From Dipteris shenzhenensis (Eukaryota): a stretch of 64,000 nucleotides of DNA. Each line of letters starts with the position of its first letter. The stretch's first letter is position 1. The stretch is from the NCBI GenBank assembly GCA_047967505.1, contig CM106538.1, one strand, 5' to 3'. A program made the position numbers and the translations under genes. This document shows, piece after piece, positions 38,301-51,457 of the stretch. Below the pieces are notes generated by a model. The model did not search any database and had not been told where the DNA came from. It was given only the letters and a program-made list of their open reading frames with translations.

Positions 38301-38340
<40 letters not shown>

Positions 38341-38928
38341 AACGTCTGCGGGAGACCTCACGGGTCTATGGGACAAGGTACACACCAAAAAAATTGCAAA
38401 TACATTTGGGTATCCAGAGAGTTGAGGGAGTGCTCAAAGCAACTCAGCCCTAATTATTTAGATGCATAACTAGCTACTAATTCTATCTTAGAACAACGCC
38501 TAGAATAACATCAATTTAAGACTAAGAGTCCTTGGGTTTAGATTTGAAATCATGAATCAAGACTTGTCCATCATGATAGATTGCCCATTTCCAGCTTTGC
38601 GGGCATCCTTCACTTTAGCAAGTTCAACATTCCTTTGCTTGAGAGTCGGAGTGAGCTCCTCAGATATCCATACCCGTGTAGCTTTCAGCTTGTTTGTCTA
38701 TTGGAGAATCTTGGTTCTTCCTGCCCTCTGTGTGAAATAAACTTGTACCTGTGTTCCCTTCTGGTAGATACAACTGATGTCAGTTTCATCCCATATTTCA
38801 GCAAAAGTACTCAGCAAGCGCCTTAGCGCACCCTTTGCTCCAACCCTTTGCGGCTTGTATGAGTTTTTTTCCCCTTTTGGTGTTTTCCGCACTTTGTCCC
38901 ATAGGCCTGCCAGGCCTTCTGCGGACAT

Positions 38929-38975
<47 letters not shown>

Positions 38976-39568
38976 AGCTTTGTTTCGAGCACTTAAGCTC
39001 TTCAGCTTATATCTAGATGAATCCAAGAACATGCCCAAACTGATCCTCTAAAAACAAACGTAGTACAGTTTCAATCTCATGATAGTCACTCATAAGGTTG
39101 AAAACCATAAACTCCATCACGCATAGTAGGGACTAGCTACTATGACATCCCCTCAACGCCCAACAATGGGTGTAGACTATAATATAAACATATGCTCTCA
39201 TACATACAAATCCACACACCACACATACTTGATCATTCATTCATACAAAGTCTTCGTACTGAGTTTCTATTGTCACTCCAGAGGTGAAGGACAGACTCAA
39301 CCATGATGGAGGCTAGCACTAAAAGAGAAGGCTAATCAAAAAGTAGTCCAAAATCTCTTCATTCAAGCTACAATTTCTTGTGAAGACTAAACCATTTCAA
39401 TTTAGTCTCTCCTAGCCGACTATCTAAATATATATCTTTAAGCTCTTTAGCTTAGGATAGCACTCAACAAGGGCCCTAGCGCGTCCTTTGCTTAAGCCCA
39501 CTGCGGTTTGTATGAGTACCTTCTCTTGGCGTACTTTGTCCCATAGGCCTGTGAGGTCTCCTGAGGAC

Positions 39569-39623
<55 letters not shown>

Positions 39624-42600
39624 ATATATAACTTTTTCATGGATTCACCTTTGTCCTATAGATATTGTTGGGTCTCCAATGTGGTCCTTAATTTCGGAAC
39701 TTTTTTGGTGTGTGTCTTGTCCCATAGACCCGTGAGGTATCCCGTGGATGTTAATCTCTCTCTCTCTCTCTCTCTCTCCCCCTTCCCCCCGGTGTTGATG
39801 GGCACCTAATAGCTTTAGCACCTCGGAGCCATTCAATAATTCAATACCCAACACTGTGAAAGCCAAAAGACCTAGATCTCTCTCAGGTCAAACTTTGATA
39901 TCTACTTTCCCTCTTGAAGTGTCTTGTGTTGCCCGGTTACGTGGTTGTTCCAGACATTTTGATGGTGTTCATGATGATTAGCAATCTAGATCAGCATATG
40001 ACATATTATAAACTGAGTGTAAAGAATCATTCACTGAATAGATGATAGGGGGAGGCAACACAACTGCTGAAGGTGTACTGGAAATAATTCCAAACTCGAG
40101 GTAGTGTGGAAATCATCACCACTAAAGTCTATTAGATGCCATCAAGGAGGTCTTGTGTGAGGTCCGTTACATAGGCTTGTGGATTGCCCCTAGCATTAAT
40201 GAGATTTTCCTATTGGTCACCTAGGAACCTTCCAAGGGAGACTACGAATTGAGCTAATCTGAGGATCAACCTTAAGAGGGAGGTCAAGAACTTCAAACGT
40301 TGACAGAGGTAATGCTAGGCTGAGGATTGTCAAAAGAGAAGAAGAGTGACCCCAACTCCACTCAGAGGGTTGATTTCTTTTTGTCCATTAATTAGTTCCA
40401 AAAGTTCTCAAAATAGACTAGAGCCAAGATACAAATCCTGAAATGATATCCCAATTTGTAGTTTTTGCTTGCCCATGTCCGTCATTCATTGTGAGCCTCT
40501 CTAGGTGTGACACATGTTCATACATGGAGGGCTTCTACTTTAGATCCACCCAGCCACGGATTCCTCGTTTTTGTTCTCGTACCTTATTGTCATCATGCCT
40601 ATGGTCTCTTTCTACCATCCTTCTCTTCGAACCTTGTGGAATGCTCCTTGAAACTAGTGCTTGCGTTCCATGTGTCAATAATTGACCTTAGTAATCTTAT
40701 GCTACTTTTAGGTCTTTACATTGCAGTCCATACTATTGCCTAGGCCTAGGATTATCCCTAGACCCCAAATTTTAATACAATGACATTGTACCTTTAAATG
40801 GTCAAGTTCATTAATGTTCTCTTCATGCAAACACCTCATGGTTTCTCCCCTATACCATAGTCCCATATTATAGTTTACATATTTTCAAATTAGGAAATTT
40901 ATCAAACCACGGAACAAAGCTAGTTTGATCCACAATTTCACTAGACCTTCCCAACGTATCATAATAAATCTGAGCATATTTGATAGTTTCTTCAAAGGTT
41001 TTGGGAGAACTTCTTCTCATCTCAATGCCTTTTAATTTAAGGATTGCTTCTCTATAATAAGATATATTGAACTAAGGCCCTATCAAGCTCATTTTTAGCT
41101 AAAAATTCTTTTAGGATGCTTGTTTGAATTTTATTGATCTCTCTAAAGCTCATCTACCATTTATATGCTTTATTACCTAAAGAAAGGCTAGCTTCCACAA
41201 ATTGATTTTCAAGAGGTGTATTTCTAAGTCTATGAAAAACTTGCCATTTTTATAAGAACATATTCATAACGTCGTTCTTTCTTACTTTTTCGTTACTTAT
41301 ATAAATTAGTGGTCTCAAGTCTTTAATACATTTAAGGTTTTCATAAGTTGAGTGGCATTGCAAATTAACATGGAAAAGTTGTTAATATAACTATAGGAGT
41401 TACATATTGAGTATTCGATACCTTCGAAATTGTTTCAGCTAACTCATTGATTGACTCTAGATGAGTTTCTATATTAAGAGTACGGTTTTCTAGTTTTGTA
41501 AATTCCGAATAAGGAATCGCTAATCACCATAATCCATTTCTACCAAATCCAGAGATCCCTCATGGATATCTTCTCCAAGGATCGCTTTTCCTTTCCTCGC
41601 TCTATCCTAAGTTTCCATAGTTAGTCTTTTTTGCTCCCAACTCGTCATGGAATGATTTTTTCAAGAAACCAAAAAAGCAAAAGCTTTATCTAGAAAGGAA
41701 AATGCAGTATCTACTTTCTTGTTATTTGTTTGTTTGAGGTCTTAGAACTTAAATTTTGGACTCAAACCAATCTCTTTTGATACACAAATCTTGCCGCTCG
41801 AGTGGTCGATTGTTGCTTTAGGACATAGGAGGTTTGTAATTACTTTTGCAGAGGAGAGAAACAGGGGTGAAAAAGGCATTATGAGGTTGCTTTTTTGCTA
41901 AGGTCTAATGACCTTGTGGTTTTTTTTCTTCATTAGTCTTTCTCTGTGTAGGTTGATAGCAATGCAAAAACTCTGATTTTCACCCTCTGATGTTTGATGC
42001 TTCTCGAGCTTCTTTGGCGATCGTGAACATCTGAGAGATGCATGGGGAAAGATGATTGTTGTACTTTACGACCCAAGCAATATGTATGCTTGTTGTACTT
42101 TCATGGCTTCGATCACCAATTCTTACTTTATAGAACACCAAACACCTATGACGAGAAATGGAGCTTAGCTGGTCTACAACGTCCATAAACCAAAATGCTC
42201 CAAAGAGTTGTAATTCTCATGCAGTATTGTACTCAATCACCTTAGAAGAGGCTGTGCATATCAAAAAAGGCTTAGCAAAGGTTCAAGCAAAGGCTAAGAA
42301 GAGTGCTTTGTGGGAGCGCATTAGCTCTGGCCTGCAAATCTTTCCAAAAAAAAAGTAGATTACAGCAGCGGCACCTTGCTTTCAGTGTGGAAGGAGCTGA
42401 ACGAGCAAACTATGCAAACAGGCTGTGTTGTTTGAACGAAGAAGGTGAACAAGCTGCGCTGTGCCAGGCATTCCCTTGTCTATGTTCCATACCTTCTTGT
42501 CTTCGTCTAAGTGGTCTCTTTCTACCATCCTCCTCTTGGACCTTGTGGAATCCAACCCTAAACCCAATGCTTGCCACTTGGGACCTCTTTGAGTGCCATG

Positions 42601-45140
42601 TGTACATAATTGACCTTAGTAACCCTATGCCCCTTTTAGTCCCTACATTGCACTCCATACTATTGCCTAGGCCTAGGTTCCCCTTAGACCCCAACCATTT
42701 CAATACAATGACATTGTACCATTAAAACAGTCAAGTCCATTAACATCCCCATCCATGGTCTCAGTATTATAGTTGACATAAACTAGAGGTTAACAAACTG
42801 AGAGAAATTAATAATCTGATTTTAGAAACATCATTTGGACATACATACTTACTTAGTGCTATGGACTGCTCAATGTTTTTTAAATTAAAAAGGTTTGATT
42901 GCTCAATGTTACACACAAGCGAAGTTAGGCAAATTACCTTAAGGCTCGGTACAAATTGGAAATAACAAAGAAAACTAAACTGTTAGACCTACACCTAGAC
43001 CTTGCAAAATCCGACTGATGCACACTTAAAGCTGCCTTGAAATTAGACATCCTTTTGCGGACTGCATTTCTGGAAAGCAAAACCAAAGACATACCTTTAG
43101 AGATAGGATCATGCAATCGGTCAGCCAGAGCTCGATGCTCAGCATATTCATACACAAGAAACAATTCGTCTTCATACGATGCATAGCCAAGCAGCTCGTT
43201 CTGCATGGATTCCAAAAAAGCAAGTGATGGAAAGGGCACACCCACTTAATCACCTCTTCATTTAATGCACAACTCCAGCTTTAACAATCTCTTTATCATG
43301 ATAAGACTTCAGTCGGATCAAAATAGCATATGTGAGAAACCTCACCAGATTTGTATGGTGAAACTTGCATAGAATCTTCATCTCAGTAAGAAATTCTTTG
43401 GTTATTGTTGCCTTCATCCTTTTAATGGCAACTTCCTGTTTTAAAGGGCACATCTATCAATCTGTGTGTGTGTGTGTGTGTGTAGTAATATAAAGCAACA
43501 AAAAATTCCACCCAAAAAAAAATGTGTATGTGTGTGGCAGTAATGTAATTGCATGTCTCCCCTTTGGGGACTCCTTTTTGTGATATAAATTTCACCCAAA
43601 AAAAAAAGTGGTGACCTTGCATGGTGAGCCGTATTTTGAAATTTTAAGATCATTGCAACAGTTTGCACATACTCCCTTCAAAGTAGTCAAGGGGAAGGGA
43701 TACTTGGTTTTGTATGAGACTTTGTGGCGCCATAGGCTGTGTTTGATCTCCATTAACACTATAACACACAGACATGCACATGGTCACGTGTGCGCATACA
43801 TACACACAGACGACACTCAACTCTGCCTCGTAAAGGAAGATAATTGAGCCACTTTAATGCTTTTATGAGCAAAATTGACCATCCTTGCTGATTTTTTGTG
43901 CTGCACATGGTCACGTGTGCGCATACATACACACAGACGACACTCAACTCTGCCTCGTAAAGGAAGATAATTGAGCCACTTTAATGCTTTTATGAGCAAA
44001 ATTGACCATCCTTGCTGATTTTTGTGCTGTGCATGAGTTCAAGTTGTGTATGCTCTTATTCCTTTTTTGTAACTCCTGCGTGTAATGAAACTGCCACGCA
44101 GGCATCAGAATACTGTTGCCAGTCCCCATTTTTTAGGTTCATATTTCTGTTTTCAATATCAGAACACAATATACATTATTCTGAAGCTCTTTTCATTGTA
44201 CCACTGCAGGACTTTCTGGCTATCAACTTCAACTGAAACAGGAAGATGGAAAACAAAAAGTACAATACTTGGGTTACCAACTCTTCCTTTAAGTCCAGCA
44301 GATGATACTTTTTTCATTGTACCACTGCAGGTCCACTTCAACTGAAACAGGAAGGTGGAAAACAAAAAGAACAATACTTGGGTTACCAACTCTTCCTTTA
44401 AGTCCAGCAGATGATACTTTTTTCAGTAAGTATCAAAGTGCGGAAGTCACAAAATGTGACTCATTTGAAGGCCCAGGGAAAGATGAGTCCATATGCTTAA
44501 AATTTGCAATCAGCAGCTTTTAAAAACAGCTTAGAGGAGTCATTCACAGAAAAATATCTGGTTCTCCCAGGCTTAGCATAATTTTGCACAAGTGACGAGC
44601 ACAGATGGTCAGGGAACAGAGTCAACCAACCCCTGTGAATGACACAAGCACAAAGGTGTAGGGTGCCTACTTGGTGCTCCTCTGCGTTCGCTGGCATCCT
44701 AGGCCTTGCATCTGTCAGCGTCTTGACATTACTCATGGTCTGAGTCAGTCCTTCCAGGCTGGAATCTGTGAGTATGTTGCTGCCTTGTATGCATTTGTAT
44801 TGTTGCAGCATGGGCTCCCATTGAAATACAGGAGGTCGACAGCATCAATGTGCTGTCTTGCTTGTTTTTATGAAGTTGGGCATCGCAATCTGTCTATGTA
44901 CACCTGACTTGCACCTGTCTCAAGCAAGTTAGCTCTGAATCTGTTGCTGTGCCTGTCGTTGGCACTGTTTGGTATTGGCGTGCTGCTGTAATGCGGGATG
45001 AAGGGTTAGAGGGAAGAGCAAAGGTGCTACGAGTGGAGTTTTGATACTGATGTAGAAAAGGGGTAGGGGCAGATTTAGAAAGAGGGGTGGAATAAGTGGA
45101 ATGGAGAGAGGAAGGAGAGAACCAAAGGAATAGGATAGGG

Positions 45141-45179
<39 letters not shown>

Positions 45180-48100
45180 GTTAACGTCTGCAGAAGCCCT
45201 CACGGGACTATGAGACAAAGCACACACAAAAGGATTAACACCAACATCAGTTAGAGATTGAGAGTCTCTTGGAAGTGCCTATAGCACTCCTAAAGTTATA
45301 ATAGATTAGCGATGATATACTACAAGAGATAATTGGCCTGCAATACATCTGTTTAAGACTGTGAGTCCTTCGGTTTGGATTTGAAGTCTTTGATAAGTGC
45401 TTTTCCATCTTTATAGACACCCCATTTTCCTTCTTTGCAAGCATCCTTCATTTTGTTCAATTCTATGGCTTTCATCTTGAGCTGAGTCAGAGTAATCTCC
45501 TCCGAGATCCATATCTTGGTACCTCTCAGCTTATTTGTTTGCGCGAGAAGCTTGCTTCTTGCCCTCCTATTGTTTAGAACCACTTTGACTTGTGTCCCAA
45601 TGTGGATAGCACAAGCTATGTCCTTTTAAGTCCCACTCAATCTAAGGGGTTGCTGCTATGATATTATCCATTTGTGTTCAGGCTCCCTTCATGCCAATCT
45701 TCAGCTAGTCCTCCAATGCATAGAGTTATTTAAATTAACTCATCATTTTTGAAAAAGATGGTAGTCTTCCAAATTCACAGAGAACATGATGTACCCAATT
45801 CTCTCCTTATTTGTTCAATGGAATTGAACGACTTCTACACCAACAAGAATGCAAGGTTTATGTCTGTGAACTCACTTTTGTTGGTGATTGTATTTCTTAT
45901 GCATCTGAAAAGAGTAATTTCTTCTTGATGTTAAAAAGAATACATCTTCTTTCAATGATTTAACAGTTGAATTTAATGATGTTTTTCCATCTGATTTGCC
46001 TAATATTTTGTCCCATTAGAGAAATGTAGATCATAAGATAGATCTAGTTTATGGATCTATCCTTGTTTGTAAACCACCATATAGACTTAGCCAAACGGAA
46101 GAATGTGAGGTCCAAAGACAATTAACTGAATATCTCAGAAAGGGCTAAATTCAACCAAGTAACTCACCTTGGTCTTCACTAGTTTTATTGGTAAAGAAAA
46201 AGTATGGTATTATACAATTATGCACAGATTACTGGGCTTTACATAAAATCATAATAAAAATTAAGTATCCTATGCCTTACATTGATGAGCTCTTTGATCA
46301 AATGCAAGGGGCAAAATATTTTATCAAAATTGACTTAAGATCTGGATACCACCAGCTGTGAATTAGAGAAGAGGATGTTCCTAAGGCAGCATTTCGTACC
46401 AAGTACAGGCATTATCAATTTAGAGTAATGCCACTTGGTTTAACAAATGCTCTAGCAATTTTTATGACACTTATAAACAATGTCTTGAGGCCATATTTAG
46501 GAAAATTTGATGTAGTATATTGAGATGAAATCCTTATCTATAGTAAAACAAGAAAAAAGCATATAGAACATTTGAGGAAAGTGTTTCAATTGGTTAGAGA
46601 TAACTCTCTTTTTGCTAAAGAATCCCAGTGTGAATACTTTGCAAAAGAAGTCAACTGCTTGGGTCATATCCCAAGATGGGATTCGTATGGATCTTGAGAA
46701 AGTAAGGAACATATTGGAATGGCCACATCCAACAAACCTCAAAGAATTATGGGTTTGTCTAGATTTTATAGGAGATTCATCCAAGACTAGATTGTGCCCA
46801 ATGGAATTACTTCAAATATGAGAATGAATTGTATGCTATAGCTTATGCTTTGAAGAATGGAGGCACTATTTGTATGGTGCCAAATTTGGGATCGTTTTTT
46901 TTATCAAGAAAGCATTACATGGATTTGCAATCAACCAGAGCTTAAAGGAAGAAAAGCTAGGTGGTCTGAAATAATGCTATAGTTTGATATCCGATTGACA
47001 TAAATTCAAAAGACATGCGTTTCTTACATCCCCTCCTTTTTAGTATTTTCTTTGGTTGTGCAGCGTGCTTTGCTGCTTGTAGTATCTTTGTTGTTTGAAC
47101 TCCAATTATTCTTCTACTTTATTGATTAGAAACAAGGGGATGAGGGAGACAGTACAAGTTTTAGTTGAGAACTTCCATATTTTCATCCAGGACATTTATG
47201 TCTTTCAAGTTCTAAGGCAATGTTTTTCAGTGGTCACTATGCAGGAAGCATCCCAAACATGGCTTGTTGTCAACACAGGTGTAATTAGGCAAAGCTTCAC
47301 AAAGATGTCTATTTGCCAACCTTCAGCATTAAATGATAGTTTGACACACAACCTGCCAGACAGAAAAGCTCTAAGCAAGACCAGCTGAACAATGGATGAT
47401 ATCTCATTTAATCAGCAAGTTAATGTTGGTACTCAAAGAGCATGATTTAAAAAAGTGCTTAGACGTGGTTCAGAATTACCTGATCTTTCAACTCTCCATA
47501 GTAAACAGTGCCAAATGCTCCTTGCCCAAGCATATTCGACTCTTTAAAATGATCTGTTGCAGCAAGCACATCTTCATACGTGTATACTGCTGGCTTTTCG
47601 GCATCAATGACACCAGTCATCATCTCTGGTACAAAGGATAGTTTAGAACTGAGAGTAAATAAATAAATATCCCAACCTTCATTTTCCTAAATTGAAACAA
47701 TATTACCTGACATAGATCCTCCTAAGAAAATGTAAAAAACATTACCTTTCAACTTGGGAAAGCCATGGTTTCCTGCAATTCTTTTCTGTGAAGGATATCT
47801 AATTTCAAATCCCCTATCCTTCAAAGCCAGATATATCTTGTTTCTATAGGTTTGCCACTATAAGGAATTCACCTACCAAGTGGGAGACCAGCCAGGGTTT
47901 CTTACAGCTGTTTCCTAATTTTCGTAGATCCTACAATCGCTCAAAGCTCTCCATTCAAATAGGTTCTCATACAGACGTACATCGGCTCTTGAGTTCCATC
48001 CACGTAACATAAACACACTTCCTATAAATATTCAACACAAACAAGAGTAGACAAGCAATACCAATCCTCTACCACTTAAAGTGTGTCCATGTGGGGTTTT

Positions 48101-49147
48101 CCATAGCATATTTAATAAGGCTTATTTTCTCAAGCTAACGAAAAAGTGGACATGGGCTTCAGTCATGAACATAAGCTCACTAACCTTCAAACTATAGACT
48201 TCATCAGATACAATCCATAGCATTTCTACTCAGCCCTTGAGCTGCTCAATAAGTGTTTACCATACAGATCAACAGCGAGCACATCTTTATTCAAATATTA
48301 AGATGCCAAAAAATTCTCCAATGGCCTTGAATTCCCAGAACAGCAAGAAGTGGTTTGAACAAAATTGATGAGACTCCACTTCCAATCTACTCATTTTGAG
48401 TGAGCAGAAATCAAAACATCAGTGACTGGAAGTATACATCCCAATATGGGCAAAAGTAGTCAAGTTAGTGACTGCATTTTCGGTGCACATCTCCAACAAG
48501 ACTTGAAATCCATGTAATACAGGTTACAGAAAAGCCCATCAAATATTAGGAAAGACATCTTGAATTAAATCAAAGAATACATTAATAATACATGTATAGT
48601 GAATATATCCAATCTTACAAATTATATTTCCTATAAGATGAACAAAAGAATAATATGAATGCGTTTGTCCCATCCTGCTACAGAAAGAAACTTAGATTTC
48701 ACTATTAAAGCAGTTGCTACCTCTAGAGAGGGTTACTGGCCGCCTTGTACTTTTCTTTGCAACCGACTCAATCTTGAAGCAAAATGTCAAAGGATTCATG
48801 CTACTATTTCCACACATAAACCTTTTGTATTCCCCATCTTGATTGGACCTGCCTTTGCCATAAGCTGCAAGAGTTCCATGCCTACTAACAGCAACCTTCC
48901 GGGCATATACAATCACACCAGCTGCGACCAGTATCAACAAAATTGTTCCTCCAACTATACCTACAACTAGACCGAGAGAAACACCACTGCCAGTAGAAGA
49001 GGTCCCTGCCCCTATAATCATACAAAAACAAGTTAGAATAAACCAAAGGCATACCCTGAAGATGATAAATATATTCAAAAGACAATTACAAGCTTCCTTT
49101 CTAATTCTTTAACTTTACCCTTTTTAAAATTCCTAAAAATTTATTAC

Positions 49148-49194
<47 letters not shown>

Positions 49195-49758
49195 ACCAGG
49201 TCTGCGTTGGCCTTTATTCAATGGAGTTGTGGTGACACAAAGAGGCCTTATTGCAGCAGATCAAACAGCAGGAGGGGAATATGCCACAGGAGATAGAGAT
49301 GGATCGAGCACAGCGCCATGTCATAGAATTCTATGCATTCCAGTCAGCCCCAAGACATAGGGGAGTAGAGGAGGAAATAGCTGACATGAGGGCAGCATGG
49401 ATCTGTAGGAAGAGAAGGTGCGGAGCAGTATAGCCAGAGACATAGAGACCACACACGACGCACAGGTTGACCAAGGCGCACATGATGGAGGTCCAGCCCC
49501 TCCCAGCTCCACTCAGAGGGGACCCCCCTGAGCCGAGGTGTTACTCTTGATATGGCCCACCGGATATAGTGATCACGGAGCCCCTCCCCACAACCATAGC
49601 GAGAGATGACTCGATAGACACAGATAAGAGACACCTTCGCGGCCCTTAGGAGAGCCACCATGGCCCTTTTCCACAACCCACAGTGGCTTGTATGAGTTAC
49701 ATATTTTTATTGTACTCTGTCCCATAGGCCCGCAAGGCCGCCCGAAGACTTTAATACA

Positions 49759-49818
<60 letters not shown>

Positions 49819-49933
49819 GCACTCCTCGACCTTTTGGCCTATCCAGATGTTGAGTCGTTTTGACATTTTGTACTTTGTCCCATAGACCCGTGAGGTCTCT
49901 TGCGGACGTTAATATGACTCTTTCTTTCTTTCT

Positions 49934-49968
<35 letters not shown>

Positions 49969-50326
49969 GCTCTCTCGCAATGGAATTAGCCAAGGTTAAG
50001 GCTGCCAGGAAGGACATAAATGGGCAGTTTATCGTGATGGAATAGCACTTATTAAAGAGTTTAAATCTAAACCAAAAAGACTCTCAATCTTAAACTGATG
50101 TATGGCCAGCTATATTTATGCTTTCTATGTAGGTACTCTAAATATTGCACTCTAGGGGAGGGGCCATGTGCCCTCCCTTAGTAGATGTATTGGATGGTTT
50201 TCTGTTGTCCCATAGACCTGTTGGTCTCTCCCTAAGCAGATGTATTGGATGGTTTTTTGTTGTCCCATAGACCTGTTGGTCTCCTGTGGACATTAATAGA
50301 CTCTCTCTCACATAAGACATTAATAG

Positions 50327-50367
<41 letters not shown>

Positions 50368-50892
50368 GCTGCACTTCGCTGGCTCCACAACCGGAAAGCA
50401 CAAGATCATGAGGGCCTACAGACAGAGCATTTCGCACATGGGCAAGAGGTTCTATCCACGATTATTGCACAGATGTTTAACCTTGCAGTTTGTCACAGCT
50501 TCCCACTAGCATGGAGCACCGCTACTACCGATACACAAAGCAGGAGATACCATGGACATTGGGAACTATCGCACCCTCATGATTGGCTACACATTGGCCA
50601 AGATCTATGGATTGGTACTAGAGAGGGAGATCAGTAGTCATACATCCTGAGACTGATGGACAGTCGGAAAGGGTGAACAAATGGGTGGAGTAATTTTTGA
50701 GGCACTTTTGTCATGATACTCAAAATTAGAGAGCAACGGGAGGCGACCAACCCACATGATACAGAGGCTGGCCCTGCACAACGACACGTCACTGATTTTT
50801 ATGCATTTGAGTCAGCTCCAGGGCACAGCGGGGTGGAGGAGCTAGCTGATATGCGAGCAATCTTGATCAGCAGAGAGAGACGACAAGGGACC

Positions 50893-50945
<53 letters not shown>

Positions 50946-51395
50946 CCACCCACGACACAGAGAGTGACTACAGCACACTCTATTGTGGTCCGGCTTATCA
51001 CAACTTTCCTCAGAGGAGACCGCCCGAGATGAGAGGTCACTCTGAACATAGCCCAGCAGGTTCAGAGATCTAGGAGACCACGCCTCCCCCCCACCATAAT
51101 GCAAACAGCTTGATAGGAGCAGATCCGAGGTATTTTCACCGCCTACAGACGAGCGACCATGGCATCGGGCTTCGGTTTCTGAATCCCAGCTCTTAGTCTA
51201 CTAAAGTTCAGTTTGTATTTGAGTTATATTTGATTTTTACTCAAGCTATTGACCTTTTTAGATCAGCATAGTACTCATCAAGGGTCCTAGCGCACCCTTT
51301 GCTCCAACCCATTGAGGCTTGTGTGAGTTTTCCCCTTTGTGATGTACTTTGTACTTTGTCCCATAGGCCAGTGAGGCCTCCCGCAGACATTAATA

Positions 51396-51457
<62 letters not shown>

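Noticed and set aside
44497-44811. Possible extra LYK3 exon
   Set aside because: Exons 4 and 5 already join in frame (..ELKDQ|EVAIK), and the ORF has no kinase similarity.
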